From the NCBI GenBank assembly GCA_965603825.1, contig CBFDEM010000052.1, forward strand, positions 248,001 to 312,000: a DNA stretch of 64,000 bases, in the 5' to 3' direction. This DNA is from Blepharisma stoltei ATCC 30299. Lineage: Eukaryota > Protista > Ciliophora. The notes beneath the pieces were generated by a model. It had not been told where the DNA came from. It saw nothing but the letters and a program-made list of their open reading frames with translations, and searched no databases. A program made the translations under genes and the position numbers. This document shows, in pieces, positions 56,965-64,000 of the stretch (position 1 is the first letter of the stretch; each line of letters opens with the position of its first letter).

Positions 56965-58503
56965 TTATGATGAAACATTTAGCATTTTATTTTTTATTAT
57001 TTCCTGCTGTCTTTGTTTCAGAGAAAAAATGATTTTTGTCTTGTCGTCAATTGATTGAGAGATTGAGACAAGCTCATTTCTAATTGTACTGAGATCTTGA
57101 TTTCCGTCTTGAGATAAATGCAATAATAGCTTATATCTTGCATTTAGGCTTGAAACGTCTTTTTCTTGGTCTTGAATTTGCGTTTCTAAACTTGCTTCAT
57201 TTTCTTTGTTTTTCTTTAGATATGAAGGAGTTTTGTAGTGATTTTTGGGAGTTCCGCTTGAGCTTCGGTCTGTATGAATTGAGTCCTTTAAAGAATCATT
57301 TCTTCGAAGGAATTTATGGGTTGGAGTCCCTGGAGTTGCGGTTGATGAAGCCTGCTTAGAAGGCATTTGTTTTGTAACTGAGCTTGATCTTGTAAGTGGC
57401 TTGGAGTTTGAAGAATTTAGGCTGTTTTCTCTTTTATTTCTGACTTGAACTTGGATAGGGGCTTTATCATTTGTGGAAATGCTTGGCTTTTTAACTACTT
57501 GCTTCGGGGTGGACTTTACATCAGAGGTTTGCTTAGATTTTGCTTTAATTTCTGCAGCTTGTTTTGCTTTTATATCTAAAGATTGCCTTGGCGTTGTTGT
57601 TTTCGGCTCATTATATGGATGTGCTGGCTTTTTATAATCCCTTTTTTGGTTTTCCAATAACAATTTTTCATATAATTCTTTGTACTTCTTATTTTCATTT
57701 TCAAGATCGACTATCCTTGCTTCTTGCTCAAGCTTAATTCTTCTTAGTTCTCCTTCAATATATTTAAAGTTTTTTTGATACTCATCCTTTTGAGTTTCAC
57801 ACTTTTTCTTATAGAACTCCAGCTCTTTACTGACTTCTTCAAATTCATTTTCTCTTTGTTCCAATTGCTCTAAGGTTTTCTTATGCTCAGTTTGTTCTTG
57901 CTTAAGCATTTCAACCAAATTATTATTTGATGGGATAGGAGGCTTGGAGTTAATTTGTCTTTTTAAGTGCTCAAATTGTAGGGCCCAATTTTCTTTGTCA
58001 ATTGTATACTGCTCACTTAACCTTTTATTTTCTGCTTCCGCAAATTCGCACTGGGAGTGTAAGAACTCTACCTGCTCTTCAAGCTTTTGGATGCTAAGTC
58101 CTTCAGAGTCTTCTGAAAGATTGGCAGCTTTATTCTTATATTTTTCTTCTAATTCATTAATTTCACTTAAATGTTTCATTTTAGTGTACTCGATTTCTGC
58201 TTGAAGGCCGTCTTTTTCACTTTCAAGTTTATTGACTTTTTCTTGGAGAGCTTTCATAGCATTTGTGATGGCTTTTGATTTTATTGTATCATTTGCAGAC
58301 TCAGATTGCTGAAAATTTTCAGGCTTCTTGGAAGATGATTCATTAAAGCTTAATTGTCTTCCTTTTTTTATTTCTTCATATTCTTTGCTATCAGACTCTT
58401 CGACTGACGTTGGTTTAAATTCTGCTGAGGAATAAGGACTTGGCTCTAATTTATATTTCTGTATCAGAGCATCTATGTCGATTCTTGATCTGCTTTCTTC
58501 CAT
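56965..58503 (-). CDS. Coiled-coil protein, CEP57-like
   Basis: KAITNAMKALQEKVNKLESEK resembles the CEP57 centrosome-localisation motif; S/T/K-rich linker and C-terminal coil. Confidence 0.6.
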   Translation of the reverse strand: MEESRSRIDIDALIQKYKLEPSPYSSAEFKPTSVEESDSKEYEEIKKGRQLSFNESSSKKPENFQQSESANDTIKSKAITNAMKALQEKVNKLESEKDGLQAEIEYTKMKHLSEINELEEKYKNKAANLSEDSEGLSIQKLEEQVEFLHSQCEFAEAENKRLSEQYTIDKENWALQFEHLKRQINSKPPIPSNNNLVEMLKQEQTEHKKTLEQLEQRENEFEEVSKELEFYKKKCETQKDEYQKNFKYIEGELRRIKLEQEARIVDLENENKKYKELYEKLLLENQKRDYKKPAHPYNEPKTTTPRQSLDIKAKQAAEIKAKSKQTSDVKSTPKQVVKKPSISTNDKAPIQVQVRNKRENSLNSSNSKPLTRSSSVTKQMPSKQASSTATPGTPTHKFLRRNDSLKDSIHTDRSSSGTPKNHYKTPSYLKKNKENEASLETQIQDQEKDVSSLNARYKLLLHLSQDGNQDLSTIRNELVSISQSIDDKTKIIFSLKQRQQEIIKNKMLNVSS

Positions 58504-58792
58504 TTAAATTTATTATTTTCTTAATTTATAATTTATCATAAAAAATTGACTGAGTTTTTCTATATAAAGATTATTGAATTGAAAAATACTTAATGATAAG
58601 GATTCACAATTTATCCAGTTTGTAAAAATAGGTAAATGTTTTATAAAATCATAGTTTTTTTATGTAGCGAATTCTATGTTCATCAAAGCTACGAAGTGAC
58701 TATAAATGATTTGAACCAATAAATTAGCTTAATAGAGGTTTTCATATTATTAGATATGTCGTCTATATATCACCAGATTTTATAGTTTATAA

Positions 58793-59143
58793 ATGAGCAG
58801 TTGGAAAGCAGGATTATGCGATTGCACTAAAGCTCTACCAGTTTGCTGCATTTCTTGCATTGCAACTAGTGCAATTACTCAAGGGCTTACAGCAAACAAA
58901 ATGTATGATGAATGTGGAGGCTGGTTTTTCTGTATCGCGTGCATTTTAGGTCCAATAGGATGTGCAATGAATCGAAGGGAATTTCGAAATGAATATAATA
59001 TTGAGGGCTCATTTGCTAACGACTGTTTAATGTATTGCTGCTGTATGGGTGTTTGCTTATCAACACAAGAATTTAGAGAAGTTCATTTTCGTACCCTATC
59101 AAAGCATAAACAAACAGAAAAACCAGAGGAAAAAGAAATATAA
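58793..59143 (+). CDS. PLAC8/cornifelin family Cys-rich protein
   Basis: WKAGLCDC...R.EFRNEYNIEGSFANDC...CLSTQEFRE. Confidence 0.9.
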   Translation: MSSWKAGLCDCTKALPVCCISCIATSAITQGLTANKMYDECGGWFFCIACILGPIGCAMNRREFRNEYNIEGSFANDCLMYCCCMGVCLSTQEFREVHFRTLSKHKQTEKPEEKEI

Positions 59144-59523
59144 ATTATCTAAAAATTATAAAATTGTAGTTAAAAATATGGGAAAATCATATTGAAGAAT
59201 ATACAGGTGAATTATGATATATTTTTCATGATGATTACTATTTTTTTAAAAATTAATTCTTGAAACGCCTATGGTAATTTAACCCTTAAAAGCTTATTGC
59301 TATTAAGATCAAATAGCGAAATTAATTTTGACTCAATTTGAATTCACAATAATTTATCCTTGCTTTTATTATCTAAAGATTAAAGCAACTTAAACAATAA
59401 TAAAATTTAAATTCTCAATCTATTTCATTCCCATTTAATAAAAGGTGGAATGTCAGTTAAAGCTATTACCGCTTTTAAAACTTTGTCTTTAGTTGCAAAC
59501 ACAGTGGAAAAATATCAAGAAAA

Positions 59524-60222
59524 ATGGATCTTAGTTATGAGCAGCTTCACATGCTTGAAGAAGATTCCCGAGACGATTGTATAAAATTAAGATGCATTTC
59601 CTGTCTAGTAAAGCGATACGCTTCATTTTCTATCCGAAAACCTAAAAGAAGAGTCACACATATGACGGTTCAATTGATCCCTGAATTGAACTCTGAAGAC
59701 AGCCGACATCTCTCAATAAACTCAATATTTACTAACATAGAATCAAGGCAAAGAGAATACGAAATGCTCCCTGAAATGACTCGAAGCGCAACTTCAATGG
59801 AAGACCGACTTTGAATCTCTGACAAAACAACGTGTAATTTTAAAATAGATTCAAAAGAAGAGTATATACAATTGCAGCAAAACTTTATGTCACTGTTTTT
59901 CGAACATAAACCGTATCATGGGTCCCGAATACATAAAAGTGTTCCGGAAATTCACAGATCCAATGTAATACAGTTTTTTCTTGACTCCTGGGTTTTGTCG
60001 CAAAATGTATTCTTGTGTCTTTTAGTTCCTTTGAAAAATAAAGTATGAGTTGACATGAAGACTTTTATTTCAGCTATTGAATGTGCAAGCCAATTTACTT
60101 ATGAAAAATCAAATTTGATTTTTAGAGTTAAAGATCTGGAAAAGAGTATTAACGAAATTGTACAAAAACAGTACAGCTGAAATAAAATATCTGAGACCTT
60201 TATAATTAACTCGTGCTTATAA
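59524..60222 (+). CDS. Hypothetical protein, about 232 aa; possible in-frame 15-nt intron at 59834-59848
   Basis: ORF extends through three TGA to TAA at 60220-60222. Confidence 0.65.
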
Positions 60223-60502
60223 AATGTATTCTTTGATTGAGTTTATATAGAATATAATCTAAAACTAAATTAGTAAGTTTTATTTGCCATTAATTCATTA
60301 AAATGTGTTTATAGGCTCAATGTCTCTTGATTTATTATTATTTGTATTAATGATTTCTTAAAAAGCTAATACTTAACTAAATCCTTAATTTAAAGCACTT
60401 TCAAATTTAATAATGAATTATCTCCTATAAAACGGCATCATCTTTAATATGCCTTAATTTCACTTAATATTATTTCAATTCTTCCTATTGATAGAGATTG
60501 AT

Positions 60503-62332
60503 ATGGAGGATAGCACATCTAGTTTTATTGGTGAAGAATTGAGAAACTATATCAAGCTTAAACGAAAACGAAGGTGGGTGAACCGATTTGTGGTCTTGAG
60601 CTCAGGAATGCTTTATTATTTCAAAACTCCAGCTTCACTCAAACCAAGGTGCGTGATCAGTTTAGTCGGGTGCCAAGTTAATAACCTTGGCGTGGAAAAA
60701 CGAGAATATATCCTAGACATTTCAAAGCCAAATCATTACTCAATCAAACTTGCTTTTCCATCCCAAAGCGAGTATAACTTATGGTTCATGAGATTATCAA
60801 GTTTTGCTGAACAATATAAAGAAGACCCAGACCACGTACCCAGCTCATGTTTACATCAAGAAGAAAGGAAAAAAATGAATAGAGAAAACCTTCAACTTAT
60901 AGAGCAGCTACCAATTGGCGAAATACCTAATCTTACAAAGCAACAAATTGAAGAAATTGTGGGAAAGAAATATGTTTTAATCAGATCAGAAGGCTCAGGA
61001 ACTTATTCCGAATGTGCTGGTAATAAGGCTGAAAACCGTTCGATTGCAAAGTATGGCCAGATCGGATTTATAGCTGGAGCATTGATTGTTAGTCTTATAT
61101 CTCATTTTGCTTTAGGAAATGCTTTAACAGGATTATGCTTTGCTCTTATTGTAGCTGTCTATTATCCACATATGATATCAAGTAAATCAGCTTCAGCTGC
61201 TCAAAAGATCCAATTCAAAACGACCATTCTTATCAACTCAGGTGCTGGTGAAACCTTAACAGCCCTTCATGATTCTCCTTGCAGATCATTATGGGAGCCT
61301 TATCTCCACGACTGTACTGATGGCTCCCGAATGACTTTTACTTATGAGGTTAACGGAATCCAAGCTACCCAAGAGGTCACTCGCCAATTCGTGAAAGACG
61401 GTAACATTTTTTATGTCATTGAAAAAGCTGACAACACGATTAAAAATATTTTCAAAGTAGAGTCAAAGTCTAAATACGGAAAAATGATGAGCTTTGTCTC
61501 TCATTTTGGCTATTTTGAAGAAAACAACTCTATTGTAGGAAACCCAAGTTTATTGGCATGCTTGAAGAATTATGTAGAATCAAATACAATTTACCTTTCA
61601 AATCAACAAGTTTCAAACCAGACAACTGATAAAGTAGACTCAGACTCTGATGAGGAAGAAGAAACTAAAATTGACGATGGGCCAGGACTTGCAATTACTC
61701 AGCCTATCCCAGATGAGAAAAAAGAAATGATTTTACAGCTAAATAATGAAGCTGTTAAAGCTATGCAAGAAGCAGAAAAACTAGCAGCTGATAGTGAAGG
61801 CTGGGAAGAAATAAAATTAAAAGTTAACACTGTTAAAGGTTCAAGAAGAAAAGCTGCAGGTGGCCTTTACATCGTAAGAGGTGAAGGAGATATAAATAGA
61901 TCAGCCATTGAAGTAATCGAATATATCAAAGATATCAACCGCAAAGCAGAATATGATGACATGTTTGAATCAGGCTACGTCATTGAGAAATTAACTGATG
62001 AAATGGAAATTGCATACCAAAAATATAAAAAAACTGGTCCAGTATCATCTCGAGATCTATGCTTGCTTCAAAGAAGGTTCGACTTAGAAGGCGGCAAAAT
62101 CGTTGCCATCGCAATGTCAACAACCCATCCGAACTGCCCAGAAACCAAGTTTGTAAGAGCTCATCTTTATTTAGGCTGTTTTGTGCTAACTCCTGTGTCT
62201 CCTACAGTAACGCATATGGTTTACATGATAAATGTTGACATCAAAGGATCAATCCCTAAGTTCATTATAAACTCTGTTCAATCTGATCAAGCTTTGGTCG
62301 TCGAAAAGATCAGAAAGAACTTAGCAGCTTAA
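60503..62332 (+). CDS. PH domain + TM hairpin + START-like + START lipid-transfer protein
   Basis: KRRWVNRFVVLSSGMLYYF PH; two hydrophobic helices; R..WEP; RKAEYDDM..GPVSSRDL..VRA..VDIKGSIP START. Confidence 0.85.
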   Translation: MEDSTSSFIGEELRNYIKLKRKRRWVNRFVVLSSGMLYYFKTPASLKPRCVISLVGCQVNNLGVEKREYILDISKPNHYSIKLAFPSQSEYNLWFMRLSSFAEQYKEDPDHVPSSCLHQEERKKMNRENLQLIEQLPIGEIPNLTKQQIEEIVGKKYVLIRSEGSGTYSECAGNKAENRSIAKYGQIGFIAGALIVSLISHFALGNALTGLCFALIVAVYYPHMISSKSASAAQKIQFKTTILINSGAGETLTALHDSPCRSLWEPYLHDCTDGSRMTFTYEVNGIQATQEVTRQFVKDGNIFYVIEKADNTIKNIFKVESKSKYGKMMSFVSHFGYFEENNSIVGNPSLLACLKNYVESNTIYLSNQQVSNQTTDKVDSDSDEEEETKIDDGPGLAITQPIPDEKKEMILQLNNEAVKAMQEAEKLAADSEGWEEIKLKVNTVKGSRRKAAGGLYIVRGEGDINRSAIEVIEYIKDINRKAEYDDMFESGYVIEKLTDEMEIAYQKYKKTGPVSSRDLCLLQRRFDLEGGKIVAIAMSTTHPNCPETKFVRAHLYLGCFVLTPVSPTVTHMVYMINVDIKGSIPKFIINSVQSDQALVVEKIRKNLAA

Positions 62333-62695
62333 TTTACTATTTCTTTCATATTAATATAATTGAATTAAAAATAAAATATATCAAAATTATCAATTTGTAA
62401 TATTAAAAATTATCCCAAATAACTGAATTCTTAATTAATGCAGTTAACCCATTGGATAAAAATTTAATCCTAATTTTCATGTAGCGCTATTTACTTTTGA
62501 TGATGAAAATAAGGAAGATGGAGCTGTAGAAAACGTATTTTTTGGGGACATACCATTAAAATTGAAGAGTTTTAAGATCTACAAAGGTAGGAGCTATTAA
62601 AAGGCTAAGAAAGCATAATAATTAAATTATGACTATTTTTTTATTTGGCGATATAATTTGTTAGGAGTTTTTTCTGAATTAATATAATTCATTAA

Positions 62696-63298
62696 ATGTT
62701 CAGCAGTGGAGCCACTGTGAGTTACTATCGAATCCAAGATAAAGGCGACAATAAGCTGACTGAAGAGATTTACAAGCTCCATATCAAAAATTTCATAAGC
62801 ATCTTGAGACTTCTTTCGATATTTATCTGCACTTATTTCGGGATCGCTTTCATACTGGGGATTTACCGAATTGCAATTAGCCAGGATGTAGATACATCGA
62901 GCATTCCAATCATAATTGACTGGGTTCTAAGTTTGATAGTGTCTATTTTATGGCTTATAGTAGCTTATGGAGGATTCAAAGCTGTCAAAGTCCAATCAAG
63001 AGGGACATCTAAAAGGTTTTCTAAAGCTTTACTTGGATGTGCAGCAATTTATGTTGCTTATTTAGCATTTCACTATTTCGCGAATTTCGACTCAATTAGA
63101 GCACATTGGGAAACGGCATATGGATTAAATACAATTCAGACTATTGGATGGATGATGACCTATATATTCATTATTGCTTTCCTGCAGGGATTTTTTGTCT
63201 TAAAAGCTAGACAATTTAATAAAATCATCACTCAGTGCATTTTAGAGTCATTAAATGATAGCAAGGTGTTGAACCAGCCTTTACGAAAAATTAATTAA
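62696..63298 (+). CDS. Four-TM membrane protein
   Basis: Four hydrophobic segments in 200 aa. Confidence 0.75.
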   Translation: MFSSGATVSYYRIQDKGDNKLTEEIYKLHIKNFISILRLLSIFICTYFGIAFILGIYRIAISQDVDTSSIPIIIDWVLSLIVSILWLIVAYGGFKAVKVQSRGTSKRFSKALLGCAAIYVAYLAFHYFANFDSIRAHWETAYGLNTIQTIGWMMTYIFIIAFLQGFFVLKARQFNKIITQCILESLNDSKVLNQPLRKIN

Positions 63299-63345
63299 TC
63301 ATTCTTAAATCAAAATTATTGAAAATATATACTAAGGAATTAAGT

Positions 63346-63726
63346 TTATTCGCTGCTCTCATACTTGCTTAGAGCTTTCTCAGCTTCTTTTTGGGCATGA
63401 CTTCCTAGCTCGCCTGGCAGCAAGAGCTTGATGCCTGTGAGAACTTCACGACTGGTTATAGTCTTTTTGCCAGTGTATTTAGAAATATTTGCAGACTCTG
63501 TGGAGAGTCTTTCAAATAGGTCTTCTACAAAGGAACTCATTATATTCATCGATTTTTTTGAAATACTTATATCAGGATGAACCTGCTTTAAAAGGCGGTG
63601 GATGTAGATAACAAAGCTGTTAGATTTAGGTTTGGATGATTTTTTTTGAGTTTGAGTTTCTACCTTTGCGTCTTTCGAGGCCATTTCTTTCTTTTCTTCC
63701 TTCTTTTCACCTGTCTTTGGTTTCAT
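63346..63726 (-). CDS. H2B: Divergent histone H2B variant
   Basis: YIHRLLKQVHPDISISKKSMNIMSSFVED.FER...TITSREV..LLLPGEL. Confidence 0.92.
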   Translation of the reverse strand: MKPKTGEKKEEKKEMASKDAKVETQTQKKSSKPKSNSFVIYIHRLLKQVHPDISISKKSMNIMSSFVEDLFERLSTESANISKYTGKKTITSREVLTGIKLLLPGELGSHAQKEAEKALSKYESSE

Positions 63727-64000
63727 ATTTTATAATTTGCCGCCCTATTTAAAGGCTCTAATATTTTTTATCATGGCAACAGGCTAAATTAATACTTTTA
63801 ATAAATTCAAACATTTTTGTGATAGTTTATAAGAACTAAAAAATATATTAGATTTCATACAGACTTATTTTTAATTTAACTTCATAAATTAATATTTATC
63901 TCATGCATAAGCTCCTAATAATCATTTATGATATTCAATTGCTTTATATAGCACACTAGCTATATTTCTCTGCGCATTTTATCAGTCAAGACGACTTTTA

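Noticed and set aside
685-60222. Reading TGA-split ORF chains as pseudogenes, operons or selenoproteins
   Set aside because: The fragments are collinear in one frame and the TGAs align with conserved Trp rather than Cys; there are too many for Sec and no SECIS element was noticed.
1-64000. Prokaryotic systems (CRISPR, two-component operon, IS elements), transposons, IESs and telomeres
   Set aside because: The window is eukaryotic, and no repeat-spacer array, transposase, terminal inverted repeat or telomeric tract was seen. IESs cannot be called without a germline/soma comparison.

Overview
AT-rich, extremely gene-dense eukaryotic DNA with about 45 protein-coding genes in 64 kb, many separated by only 13-70 bp. 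The supplied ORF track fragments the genes because the genetic code is non-standard. About 40 in-frame TGA codons read through, many at conserved Trp positions, while TAA and TAG are the true stops. Ten 15-16 nt GTAA...A(-6)...AG spliceosomal introns can be placed exactly. UGA=Trp together with 15/16-nt introns is the established signature of the heterotrich ciliate Blepharisma, most likely macronuclear DNA (inference). Re-reading with these rules gives ciliary genes (ODAD1/CCDC114-like, CFAP57, a MYCBPAP-pseudo-PGK fusion, CEP57-like) and housekeeping genes (RPL35, MRPL23, TRM1, RPC25, H4, H2B, EMC5, p24, BET bromodomain, MMTAG2). Signalling and ubiquitin genes include an ankyrin-AGC kinase, a DUSP, a stand-alone receiver domain, RING-TRAF, RBR, tandem WWE and DHHC. 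The most notable hidden items are a Trl1-type three-domain tRNA ligase, a TPLATE (TSET complex) homologue, a BMT/GT91-like beta-mannosyltransferase, an unannotated structured-RNA candidate at about 37.8-38.2 kb, and a C-terminal box shared by a Rab-like and an ankyrin protein. All family calls come from motif recognition by eye; no database search was run. No rRNA, tRNA, CRISPR array, telomere or recognisable transposon was seen.
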